Positions 29,238-41,445 of a stretch of DNA of 57,668 nucleotides are shown here, in pieces. The notes beneath the pieces were generated by a model. That model worked only from the letters and a program-made list of their open reading frames with translations. It had not been told where the DNA came from and searched no databases. Positions within the stretch are counted from its first letter, which is position 1, and each line of letters starts with the position of its first letter. The translations under genes were made by a program, and so were the position numbers. This DNA comes from Candidatus Saccharimonadota bacterium (GTDB taxonomy: Bacteria; Patescibacteriota; Saccharimonadia; Saccharimonadales; AWTP1-31): contig DAISWP010000002.1 of NCBI GenBank assembly GCA_036826335.1, positions 33,583 to 91,250 of the forward strand. The letters are read 5' to 3'.

Positions 29238-29366
29238 AATAAACATGATCCGGTTTACATCGAATCTTTTTGATTCTTGAGTTACTAACTAAGACTCGAA
29301 CGGTGAGCCCAGTGGGCTCAGCCGCCTGAAACCCCCGCGCGTAGCAGGGGGTGAGCGAAGCGAAGG

Positions 29367-29388
29367 TCGAGTCCCCATAGCTCCACCA
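29367..29388 (+). repeat. Perfect 22-nt direct repeat of the tRNA-Ala 3' end (T-loop, 3' acceptor strand and ACCA)
   Basis: TCGAGTCCCCATAGCTCCACCA is identical to 29216-29237. It lies 129 nt downstream of the intact gene and is followed directly by the terminator. Confidence 0.9.
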
Positions 29389-29404
29389 GATTAGAAAATT
29401 TAAA

Positions 29405-29428
29405 CCCCGACCATTGGTCGGGGTTTTT
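29405..29428. terminator. Bidirectional rho-independent terminator
   Basis: CCCCGAC-cattg-GTCGGGG followed by TTTTT on the plus strand, and by a T/A-rich tail on the minus strand. Confidence 0.75.
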
Positions 29429-29531
29429 CGTGCGTGCCCACCCTGCGGCGGGTGTATTTATTTTTGTATGTTTGTTTCACGCGCCGCGGACGCACGAATT
29501 ACCGTAAGCATAACCTCTTCGTGAAATCTTG

Positions 29532-30242
29532 TCAATGTTTCGACTTTTTGGATGGTGCAGGCTCAGGCAGGATCCCGAATACAAGGACAATTGCAAATAC
29601 AACGGCAAACCCGCACATCACACTCGGGATCCCTAACATTGTGTCTGGCTTCATCATATTAACAACGGCTGTTGGCAGCATAAAAAAGCCATACCCGGCA
29701 ATAAGATACAGAAGCCCCGTGTTGCCTGGGTCTTTCAGCCCTCTTCTAAAGAGGGCCGCCAATAATACCGTGCCAAGTAGCCAGAAGTAATAATAGAAGA
29801 AATACCAGCCTCCCAACTTGTCAGCTAATTGAAAAATCGCGTAATTGCCCGCACATTGATGGGACGTAAACGCAAAACTACTGAACGCAAATAAGTATAC
29901 GAAGACAGCGGCCGAGCCGTAAGCCAACCATACTAATATCGGGGTCTTCTTCTTTGCAAGCACATAAACTAAATGCAAACCAAGCGGTGGCAATAAAGTA
30001 ATTGCGACAAATCCAATTTTAGACCAAACAAGTGCATCAATGTTGAAGCGGCCACACACATTATATTCGGCCAGCTGAAACACGGCCAAACAGAGCAGAA
30101 CGATACTCGCTATTTTGCTCTTTGGTGTTCTGAGGGCATATCGAAAGAGCACATATAGCAATAAAGAGCTCTCCACAATAAGTGTCGCCAACATAACTGG
30201 CGGAGAAAAACAATAAAATGACCCTCTATTTTTGTACTGCAC
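29532..30242 (-). CDS. Polytopic membrane protein, unknown function
   Basis: 236 aa, about 7 TM segments. Start is GTG 30242 or ATG 30194. Confidence 0.6.
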   Translation of the reverse strand: MQYKNRGSFYCFSPPVMLATLIVESSLLLYVLFRYALRTPKSKIASIVLLCLAVFQLAEYNVCGRFNIDALVWSKIGFVAITLLPPLGLHLVYVLAKKKTPILVWLAYGSAAVFVYLFAFSSFAFTSHQCAGNYAIFQLADKLGGWYFFYYYFWLLGTVLLAALFRRGLKDPGNTGLLYLIAGYGFFMLPTAVVNMMKPDTMLGIPSVMCGFAVVFAIVLVFGILPEPAPSKKSKH

Positions 30243-30253
30243 GATTAGGCTTA

Positions 30254-30282
30254 ACTGTAATGTTTATTTTCTTATGCGTCAA
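30254..30282 (-). promoter_or_regulatory. Sigma70-type promoter TTGACG-17-TACAGT
   Basis: Minus strand reads TTGACG (30282-30277), a 17-nt spacer, then TACAGT (30259-30254), 11 nt upstream of GTG 30242. Confidence 0.5.
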
Positions 30283-30310
30283 CAATATCCACTTCAATAA
30301 ACGGTAACGT

Positions 30311-30316
30311 TATATT
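30311..30316 (+). promoter_or_regulatory. -10 box (TATATT), leaderless configuration
   Basis: TATATT, then 7 nt, then ATG 30324. Confidence 0.4.
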
Positions 30317-30323
30317 TGATACT

Positions 30324-31591
30324 ATGTATGCGATGCCTCAAAGAAAAACTATTGGCACCATTGGCCTTCTTGTAGCTACTATTATGCCCCTGCTTCTGTG
30401 GGTGGCATTTACGCCCGCCCCCAAAACCGACCCCATAATTAAGATGACGGGTTTGGGCGCCCTCAGTTTGCTCAGTTGCACCATCATTCTTAGCGCACGA
30501 TTCCGCTTTCTTGACACCTACTTTTTTGGTCTTGACCGCACGTACCGCATTCATCGCCTATGTGCAGAGTGGGTAGTCCTGTTAGCCCTACTTCACTCGG
30601 CTCTACTAACACTAAAGTACATGGACATATCCCTTCTTAGCGCCTATCAATTCGTGATACCCAGCACAGATTTCGCGTTAATGGCCGGAAAGCTAGCATT
30701 ATATATAATGACGGGCCTCATCTCTCTTATCCTGCTGTTCAAGCTAAAGTACAGCTGGTTTATACTGAGCATGCGGATCATGGGCGCTGTCATTTTCTTA
30801 GGTGGTTATCATGCCCTGTTCGTAAACGGTAGTGATGTACGACAGAACGTGCCGCTTTTTATATACATGTTAATCCTTGCTAGTTCTGCAAGCGCGATAT
30901 TTGTTTACCGATCGTTATTCCATGGACGAACCACAAAGTTATTCGAGTACAAAGTTGATGAGATCAACGGGAAAGGAGCCATAACAGAGATGTGGCTCTC
31001 AGCTTTAGGCCGTCCACTTAACCACTATGCTGGGCAATTCGCATTCATCCGATTCATTGACTCAGAAGTGAGCGACGAAACGCACCCCTTTACTATCAGC
31101 TCTGGCTCAGAGGATCCTAGTCTGCGTTTCTCTATAAAAAACCTCGGCGACTATACAGCGTCGATTCAACGACTAAAACCTGGTACTCATGCAATCATAG
31201 AAGGTGCATTCGGGGCGTTTACATTCAGTAGGCTGGCCGGGAAAAAGCAGACTTGGGTAGCAGGCGGCGTTGGTATTACTCCCTTTCTAGCCATGGCCCA
31301 CAGCCTAACAAATGCCTATCGTGTTACGCTTTTCTATTGTGTTAAAACAGCTGCAGATGCAGTATACCTGCCCGAGCTCGAGGAGATTGCCAAACAGTTG
31401 GGCAGTACGTTTCGCGTCGTGCCTGTCTACACCGACACAGCGGGCCCTGTCACAGCCAAGGAACTTTTTGATACACGTGCCGATGAATTTTTACTGTGTG
31501 GCCCACCCCAAATGATGAAAGCCATAAACAAAGGGCTTCTGAGCAATGGGGTGAAAAAAGCAAAGATTCATTACGAGGAGTTCGATTTATC

Positions 31592-31595
<4 letters not shown>
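30324..31595 (+). CDS. Ferric-reductase-domain / FNR-like flavocytochrome (bacterial NOX-like oxidoreductase)
   Basis: N-terminal 6-TM region with paired His residues (HRLCAEWVVLLALLH). Also carries HPFTISS (FAD), GGVGITP (NAD(P)H) and LCGPPQM motifs. Confidence 0.8.
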
Positions 31596-34985
<3,390 letters not shown>

Positions 34986-34991
34986 TGCCCG

Positions 34992-35888
34992 TTAACCGCG
35001 CTTCCCAATTGTCGACAGGCGCTTAATTCGCTCATCTAGAGGCGGGTGTGTACTGAACAAGTTGCTAAGGCTCTTGCCTTTTAAAGGGTTTGCAAAAAAC
35101 AGGTGCGCCGTACTGCTGTTCTGTCGACGCAGCGTAGTACTGTTATTCTTTAGCTTTTCTAGTGCGCTCATGAGTCCTTCTGGGTAACGCGTAGTTAAAG
35201 CCCCTGTAGCATCGGCCAAGTACTCACGCTGTCGAGAAATAGCGAACTGGATTAACATAGCAATAATCGGGCTTAAGATAATGGCAATAATACCCACGAC
35301 CATAAAAATTGCATTTGCATTGCCGCTACCAGAATCATCATCACCGTCACGAAGACCACCCCAGAACCACATACGCAAAATAAGATCACTCATGATACCA
35401 ATAACTGACACCATAGCAAATGCCACCATACTAACGCGTATGTCGTAGTTCTTTACGTGCCCTAACTCGTGCGCCATAACACCCTCTAGCTCACTATCAG
35501 TCATCATGTCGAGCAGCCCTCTTGTGGCGCAAACAATCGCATGTTCAGGGTCACGTCCAGTTGCACATGCATTGGGTGCCGGGTCTTCTATTACGTATAC
35601 TTTTGGCGTGGGAAGCCCCTCGGTTATAGCTAGATTCTCTACAATTCGATACAACCTCGGTTCCTCTTTTTTGGTGACTTCGTGGGCACCATTCATAGCC
35701 AACGAAAGCTTAGACGATGCATAGTAGCTAATAAGCGTATAGACAAGTGCAGCCGCAATTGCAAATGGAGCAAAACTCCTGCCACCAACGAGACGGCCAG
35801 ACACAAATGCTATAGCGGCAACAAAGCCAACAAAAACCGCCATGATAAGTAAACTTTTTCTTTTATTGGCAGCAATGGCAGAATACAC
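34992..35888 (-). CDS. htpX: Zn metalloprotease HtpX (M48)
   Basis: HELGHVKNYD motif with TM segments. Confidence 0.9.
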   Translation of the reverse strand: MYSAIAANKRKSLLIMAVFVGFVAAIAFVSGRLVGGRSFAPFAIAAALVYTLISYYASSKLSLAMNGAHEVTKKEEPRLYRIVENLAITEGLPTPKVYVIEDPAPNACATGRDPEHAIVCATRGLLDMMTDSELEGVMAHELGHVKNYDIRVSMVAFAMVSVIGIMSDLILRMWFWGGLRDGDDDSGSGNANAIFMVVGIIAIILSPIIAMLIQFAISRQREYLADATGALTTRYPEGLMSALEKLKNNSTTLRRQNSSTAHLFFANPLKGKSLSNLFSTHPPLDERIKRLSTIGKRG

Positions 35889-35908
35889 GAACGCTCCTTG
35901 GTACTACC

Positions 35909-36466
35909 TTAGAATTTAACTTCGGGGGCAGATTGTACGGCTTTATTCTCTGCTTCTTCTAGCTCAAAGAACTCTCGCTTTTTGAAGTGCAACATGCCGG
36001 CGATGACACTGCTAGGAAATGTCTGTATCTTAATATTTAGATCACGGGCAGATCCATTATAAAAGCGCCTGGCAGCTTGAATTTTGTCTTCTGTATCTGT
36101 TAGGTCGGTCTGAAGTTGTGCAAAGTTCTGGTTAGCTTTTAAATCTGGGTAGTTCTCGGCAACGGCAAATAGGCTTTTTAGAGCTCCTGTAAACATGTTG
36201 TCGGCTTCTGCTGTTTCTTGCACGCCCTGTGCACCTAAAATAGCAGAGCGAGCTTTGGTGACGTTTTCAAACACTTCTTTCTCGTGTTTTGCGTAGGCTT
36301 TAACTGTCTCGATCAAGTTTGGAATCAGGTCGGCACGACGTTTTAGCTGCACAGTAATGTCGCTCCAGGCCTCGTCTACTCGCACATTCGTACGAACCAG
36401 ACCGTTGTACATAACGACACCTGCCAGCAGCAAGACACCGACGACAACTAAGATAATGATTAGCAT
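35909..36466 (-). CDS. lemA: LemA family protein
   Basis: N-terminal TM segment and YNGLV...[12 protein letters not shown]...RRFYN motifs. Forms the classical LemA-HtpX pair. Confidence 0.9.
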   Translation of the reverse strand: MLIIILVVVGVLLLAGVVMYNGLVRTNVRVDEAWSDITVQLKRRADLIPNLIETVKAYAKHEKEVFENVTKARSAILGAQGVQETAEADNMFTGALKSLFAVAENYPDLKANQNFAQLQTDLTDTEDKIQAARRFYNGSARDLNIKIQTFPSSVIAGMLHFKKREFFELEEAENKAVQSAPEVKF

Positions 36467-36533
36467 GCTTTTTACTCCTCTATTAGTACCCTAATTATAC
36501 CACTGCTAGGGGTTTTTGTATTATTTCCTACAT

Positions 36534-36621
36534 TGGTGGGCGAGGTGGGACTTGAACCCACAAGGTTGTTAAGACCAACGGATTTTAAGTCCGTCGCGTA
36601 TACCAATTCCGCCACTCGCCC
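36534..36621 (-). tRNA. tRNA-Leu (UAA), long variable arm, CCA encoded
   Basis: Acceptor GGGCGAG/CTCGCCC, anticodon loop CTTAAAA, T-arm GTGGG-TTCAAGT-CCCAC. Confidence 0.9.
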
Positions 36622-36668
36622 GGAATGGGTTTATTATAAACGAGTTGTGCTGTTCGGGGAATGACGGA

Positions 36669-38243
36669 TTAGAAATGACGGATTTCACCTGTTCTATTTG
36701 GCTGCACCGCAATCGACAAACGATAGCGCATGATAGGCAGTGTCACCACCTTTACATGATGCATAAGCGAGTAGTGGACATTTGGGTCCTCTATTAATAG
36801 CGGTTTCTTGTGCCTTCGATAGTCGTAGTATATATAGCTAGAGGAGCCGATTATTGTTCCTAGTAGCAGGGTGGCTGAAACAGCTCGTACACCAGTATTT
36901 GCCAACGTTGTTTTAACACCTAAAACAACCGTTATATTCACATCTGCAATATCCTGTGCCGAACCGTTCGATGAAACAAACGTTGCTGCTTCGTCGAGTG
37001 GGTTATGGTCCACGGAATTATCGCTCAAATCAACGATGTCAATATTATGCTCTGAAAGATCGTAATTGGGTGTTGCAACGTATAGTTTCTGAAAATCGGG
37101 TGATTGCAAAAAGCCAACCGCACCCGACTGCAGCTGAATCGTGCTGAGAAGCGCACCATTTCCAGCATCGAGCACTCGAATCTTATCTGCATCTGGCAGA
37201 GAGCTTGGTGCAGGCACGAAGGTATAGATCTTTTTGCTATCAAATGTTATAGCCATACCAGCAACGTGCACACCCGCAGGAAGACTCCATGACGCATCAA
37301 GCGTGTCATCGCTAATTTTGTAACGGAGCACTTTACCGCCAGTCATGCAGGGCACAAAGTAGTAAGGGTGCGTAATGTCAGGTGAGAACCCTATAGTTGT
37401 CGCATCTGGGTTAATGTCGCACGGTATGGATATGCTTTTTATAATAGTGTCAGTTGCTGGATCTATAATTTTTATTGTGTTTTGACCGGTCACATACATT
37501 TTGCTATTTGTGCCACGCCAAACAGTGACCGGTGCTTCACCTATATCGATATCTTTGAGCCAGGTGTTAGTCGCGACATCAATGACAGAGACGGATGTGA
37601 GTGACTGATTCGGGACATAGTACTTACCCCCATCGCTCGTAAAGTCACCTTTGCCAGCACCGGGGTTATCTGGATACGATGCAGCATTGGTCAAGGCAAC
37701 CGGCGGGCTGGCAGTAGATGCATCAAATTTTTGAGGCTTGGTTCCTGCTCCATCTAGTCCGCCGGTGTAAAATATACTTGAGGATGGAGATGGCGCAACA
37801 AACAGGGTTGGTTCAGATGTGCTTACGGGCCAGCCTACGTTTGGGTTAATCGCATGGTCAGACAAACGCAATTGATTAATCTTTGAGGCAGAAAGATCGG
37901 CGTTAACAGTCACAAAATATGCATACCCTGTATTCTTAATGACTTTCGCCTTTATGGGATTATTTCCATCTGGCAGTCCTGATAAATTGACCGTCCACTT
38001 ACCATCAGTACCAGAGATTGTCTGGGCTAAAACTTTGGCATCCCTCTGGATCAGAACCGTAGAAGTCGGATCTGTTGTCCCCGATATCTTAAAGTCGTTC
38101 CCTGCAAATGTTTGGCCATTAGCGGGGCTGGTTATGGTGATGGACGTTGCTGCAGCGCCTACAACGGGCTGAAGAACAGCGTTCAAAGAGTAGCCAAGAA
38201 ATCCTAAGGCCACGACAAAATAGCGGAGTTTTAGCTTACGCAT
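36669..38243 (-). CDS. Secreted Ig-like plus beta-propeller (YVTN-like) surface protein with an LAxTG sorting-type signal
   Basis: Signal peptide is present. LANTG lies at 36891-36905, followed by a hydrophobic segment and RRHKK, and then by an atypical extra 44 residues. Confidence 0.7.
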   Translation of the reverse strand: MRKLKLRYFVVALGFLGYSLNAVLQPVVGAAATSITITSPANGQTFAGNDFKISGTTDPTSTVLIQRDAKVLAQTISGTDGKWTVNLSGLPDGNNPIKAKVIKNTGYAYFVTVNADLSASKINQLRLSDHAINPNVGWPVSTSEPTLFVAPSPSSSIFYTGGLDGAGTKPQKFDASTASPPVALTNAASYPDNPGAGKGDFTSDGGKYYVPNQSLTSVSVIDVATNTWLKDIDIGEAPVTVWRGTNSKMYVTGQNTIKIIDPATDTIIKSISIPCDINPDATTIGFSPDITHPYYFVPCMTGGKVLRYKISDDTLDASWSLPAGVHVAGMAITFDSKKIYTFVPAPSSLPDADKIRVLDAGNGALLSTIQLQSGAVGFLQSPDFQKLYVATPNYDLSEHNIDIVDLSDNSVDHNPLDEAATFVSSNGSAQDIADVNITVVLGVKTTLANTGVRAVSATLLLGTIIGSSSYIYYDYRRHKKPLLIEDPNVHYSLMHHVKVVTLPIMRYRLSIAVQPNRTGEIRHF

Positions 38244-38267
38244 TGCGCTTATTGTAGCAATAACTGG

Positions 38268-39491
38268 TTAGTTTTTCCAGGCGCGAGACAGAGAGCGAAG
38301 GGCAACTATATAGGCCGCCTGCCGCATGGACATACCCGTTCTCGCCTGCGTCTGCAGGACCTTTAGGGTAGCCGCTTGCATTTTACTTTCTAGTTTTGTA
38401 AAGACATCTGTTTTTGACCAATGTTCTTTGTGTCGATTTTGGTACCACTCGAAGTAACTCACAACCACTCCCCCGGCATTAGCAAGCACATCTGGCACAA
38501 CCTTGATCTGTCGTTTTTTAAGCACTTCATCGGCTGCCGGTGTTGTCGGGCCATTGGCTAGCTCAAGAATAAGTCTGGCTTTGATCTTCTCGGCAACTTC
38601 GCTATCTATTGCTCCTTCCAAGGCTGCAGGCACCAATATGTCGGCATCAACAGTAAGTGCAGCATCTGCAGGCAGTATCTCGGGGGAAAGCCCCAATGAT
38701 TGCGCAGCTTCGACTAAATTTCCGTGTTCTTTTTTAGCTTTTTCGAGGGAAAGCACATCGTTAAAGCCCCCGGCCAGATAAATCGTTGCACGAGAGTCCG
38801 ACAGGGCCACAACTTTTATGCCATTTTCTACCATAAAGTGAGCCGCATACACCCCAACGTTACCAAAACCCTGAACTGCTGCAGTCATCTTTTGTGGGTC
38901 TTCGCCCAGATGCTCCAGCATAGCTAAAAGCACATAGATGCCACCGAGACCAGTGGCTTCTGTTCTACCCAACGAGCCACCATGCTCTAATAATTTCCCA
39001 GTGACCACTGCCGGGTCTCCATACTCATCAGCAATCCAACCCATAACCTGCCCGTTCGTATTCACGTCAGGTGCTGGCACATCTTTGTCGGGGCCAATGT
39101 GTGGTTTAAGCTGTCGAGCGAATGAGCGTGTTAGGCTCTCTAGCTCTGTGCTAGATAGAGATTTCGGATCTACCGACACCCCGCCCTTACCTCCTCCGAA
39201 TGGCACGTCGACGATAGCGTTTTTAATGGTCATCCACAAACTAAGTGCCTTCACTTCATCTTCGTCGACTTGTGGGTGAAAGCGCAGGCCACCTTTGTAT
39301 GGTCCGCGTAAACTGTTGTGCTGCAAACGATAACCATGTGCGGTATTTTCGGTGCCATCATCAAGACTAAACGGCACATCTACTTGTATGTTGTTCTCGT
39401 GTGTGAGCAATGTCTGTATAAGCGCTGGATCGATATTGACGATCTTGGCTGCTTCTTGTAGATTTTTTTGAGCACTCTTCCATGGATTCAT
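38268..39491 (-). CDS. gdh: Glutamate dehydrogenase (Glu/Leu/Phe/Val dehydrogenase family)
   Basis: KGGLRFHP, PFGGGKGG and GFGNVG motifs. A TATACT box sits 7 nt upstream of the ATG. Confidence 0.9.
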   Translation of the reverse strand: MNPWKSAQKNLQEAAKIVNIDPALIQTLLTHENNIQVDVPFSLDDGTENTAHGYRLQHNSLRGPYKGGLRFHPQVDEDEVKALSLWMTIKNAIVDVPFGGGKGGVSVDPKSLSSTELESLTRSFARQLKPHIGPDKDVPAPDVNTNGQVMGWIADEYGDPAVVTGKLLEHGGSLGRTEATGLGGIYVLLAMLEHLGEDPQKMTAAVQGFGNVGVYAAHFMVENGIKVVALSDSRATIYLAGGFNDVLSLEKAKKEHGNLVEAAQSLGLSPEILPADAALTVDADILVPAALEGAIDSEVAEKIKARLILELANGPTTPAADEVLKKRQIKVVPDVLANAGGVVVSYFEWYQNRHKEHWSKTDVFTKLESKMQAATLKVLQTQARTGMSMRQAAYIVALRSLSRAWKN

Positions 39492-39552
39492 AACAAACAG
39501 TATACGCCCTCGCAGAATACGCGTTGTGATTCAAAAAAAGCACACCTTTGCC

Positions 39553-39580
39553 CCATGCAAAGAGAGTATTCTTTGCATGG
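39553..39580 (-). terminator. Perfect 11-bp hairpin followed (13 nt later) by a T7 run, between tRNA-Cys and the gdh promoter
   Basis: Minus strand reads CCATGCAAAGA-atactc-TCTTTGCATGG ... GCTTTTTTT. Role as a terminator or insulator is inferred. Confidence 0.4.
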
Positions 39581-39607
39581 ATAGTGAGGATTTGCACGAA
39601 AGCTGAA

Positions 39608-39640
39608 AGTAAAACAGCTTCCGCTGTCTTACGGAAGCTG
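39608..39640 (-). terminator. Rho-independent terminator after tRNA-Cys
   Basis: Minus strand reads CAGCTTCCG-taagacag-CGGAAGCTG followed by TTTTACTTT. Confidence 0.65.
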
Positions 39641-39656
39641 TAGTTGCAAAACGAGC

Positions 39657-39730
39657 TGGAGGCGCGGACGAGATTCGCACTCGTGTACAAGGTTTTGCAG
39701 ACCTTTGCCTAACTCCTCGGCCACCGCGCC
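39657..39730 (-). tRNA. tRNA-Cys (GCA), CCA encoded
   Basis: Acceptor GGCGCGG/CCGCGCC, anticodon loop CTGCAAA. The T-loop reads TGCGAAT, so G replaces the usual U at position 55. Confidence 0.8.
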
Positions 39731-39783
39731 ATAATCACTCAAGGATTATAGCAAGCCGTACTGTGCATAGAAATAGCAATGCT

Positions 39784-40251
39784 TTAGGAGAATCGAAGTG
39801 GTTGCCCGTTGAGAATATCTAAACCGCGCCGTGCGATAACAAACTCTTCGTCATCCTGACCCTTAGTAGCAGTGTAGGCCTTTTGAATGTCTTGCTCTGA
39901 GACCCACACACTCTCGGAGTGATCTTCCGGTTTAAGGTTGACCTGGGCTTCATCAACAAACTGTGCAAAGTATACGATCTCAACTGATTGAGATTGCTTT
40001 ACGTTATTAGTATAGGTGAACGCACTAAAAGGGTCGCCCACCACTATTTCAGCATCAAACTCTTCCATGATCTCGCGCTTTAAAGCATCAGTTAATGCTT
40101 CGTCAAATTCAACGTGCCCGCCAGGGAGCTCGAACACACCGGGAAGAAACTGCTTAGTTTCAGCTCGCTTAGCGAGGAATATGCTGTTAACACCATCCAC
40201 CTTCTTGTGGATCAGTGCACACACTGTTATTAATTGTTGTTTGTTCGACAT
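39784..40251 (-). CDS. NUDIX hydrolase
   Basis: Nudix box GGHVEFDEALTDALKREIMEEFD. Confidence 0.85.
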   Translation of the reverse strand: MSNKQQLITVCALIHKKVDGVNSIFLAKRAETKQFLPGVFELPGGHVEFDEALTDALKREIMEEFDAEIVVGDPFSAFTYTNNVKQSQSVEIVYFAQFVDEAQVNLKPEDHSESVWVSEQDIQKAYTATKGQDDEEFVIARRGLDILNGQPLRFS

Positions 40252-40260
40252 GCCATTCTC

Positions 40261-41445
40261 CTAGTTACTATAAGCTGTAATTCTACCAAGATTATCCAAG
40301 AACCAGTCGACTTTTTCGCTATTTGTCTCGGGCCCTGTCTGTTCTTCTGGCTTTGGGGGAAACACATTGATTATCTCACCAGGCCCGTACTGACCAGCCA
40401 TGGTCGCCTCCAAGATACCCTCAACCATCATAGCACCCTGTACTTGTGCATCAATGAACGAGGGGCTTCTCTGTACCGTTATGGTCGAGTCAATGAGGAA
40501 AGCAATATAGGTCGGGTCCAACAATTTCATCGGGTGTTTTTGACCTGAAGTGTCTGCCTGCTTAACCCCACCGTACCTTCGTCGCTCATCCGCTATCTGA
40601 AGTGCCATGTTCTCTATGACAAAGCGTATCCATTGCTTGGGTTCATCCTCTAGGTCGTCATAAGTATCCCAAGCTTCCTCACAGGTATCGTCATTAGCAG
40701 TGCCAAGTATGTGCTCAATGTGCCCGTCATTGAGTACCATTGGTTCATCTTGAGTTTTTGCGAGCTGCCATCTCCGCGAGCCAAAACCTACGCTAGCAAT
40801 TAACTCTGCTTGCCTGCTGTAGAGGAAGCTGGTGTCTATCATGTCAATGGAATCAAGAAACGCTGCATATTTTGAAAAAACACCAGCAGACTCCAGCTGC
40901 GCGAAAAGCCACGGGTGGTCCAGTACATCGTGAAGGAGGTGTATGACACGCGAGTCAGCAAAGCCGTTAATAGTAAAGAGCCTCTGTGCTTTTAGCTGTT
41001 CTAATAGTGGCAACTCAGCAGCACCTGTAACTTCTAGCTGCCTATCGGCAACTTCTCGCGCGGTATCCTGAACCACAACGGCCAAACCATTATGCATAAA
41101 GTAGCGTAGGTTTCTTTGACTAACCCTGTCTCTATCCTGATTATGGTCACTTGTCCGTATAACCGCTTGTCGTGCTGGCGCATCGATGCCCTCCTCATGA
41201 TCCGTGATAGCACTGTAAAGATAGCCTACCTCGGCTTCAACCTCTGGTTCTAGCGTCAACTTACCCACCAAAGCAGCCGCATCGTGTAAACGTGATTCCA
41301 GTGGTCTTTCCGTTTCAAGCATACCGTCTAAAAGTACGGGGTAGTGCACCCCCTGAAAGTCAGGCAGTTTTGATAAGTAGTTTGCAACCGCCTTTGGGTA
41401 GATTGCCTCTACGATCGCGGGTGTCTCAGCAGCTGGATTGTACAT
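40261..41445 (-). CDS. Hypothetical 394-aa protein, no recognisable family
   Basis: Cytoplasmic and acidic. Contains a His/Asp-rich patch (VIHLLHDVLDHPW). Its start overlaps the upstream DegT gene by 20 nt. Confidence 0.6.
   Translation of the reverse strand: MYNPAAETPAIVEAIYPKAVANYLSKLPDFQGVHYPVLLDGMLETERPLESRLHDAAALVGKLTLEPEVEAEVGYLYSAITDHEEGIDAPARQAVIRTSDHNQDRDRVSQRNLRYFMHNGLAVVVQDTAREVADRQLEVTGAAELPLLEQLKAQRLFTINGFADSRVIHLLHDVLDHPWLFAQLESAGVFSKYAAFLDSIDMIDTSFLYSRQAELIASVGFGSRRWQLAKTQDEPMVLNDGHIEHILGTANDDTCEEAWDTYDDLEDEPKQWIRFVIENMALQIADERRRYGGVKQADTSGQKHPMKLLDPTYIAFLIDSTITVQRSPSFIDAQVQGAMMVEGILEATMAGQYGPGEIINVFPPKPEEQTGPETNSEKVDWFLDNLGRITAYSN

Noticed and set aside
29302-29333. Hammerhead or other small self-cleaving ribozyme core in the shared GGTGA...CCTGAAACC module
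   Set aside because: The strictly conserved hammerhead core (CUGANGA ... GAAA flanking stem II) is not matched. ACGGUGA differs at 3 invariant positions, and GAAA does not abut the hairpin. I could not fit any other known ribozyme consensus by eye.
39367-39690. ORF of 107 aa spanning the gdh 5' end, two hairpins and part of tRNA-Cys
   Set aside because: It overlaps a tRNA gene and terminator hairpins and runs out of frame with gdh, so it is not plausible as a coding region.
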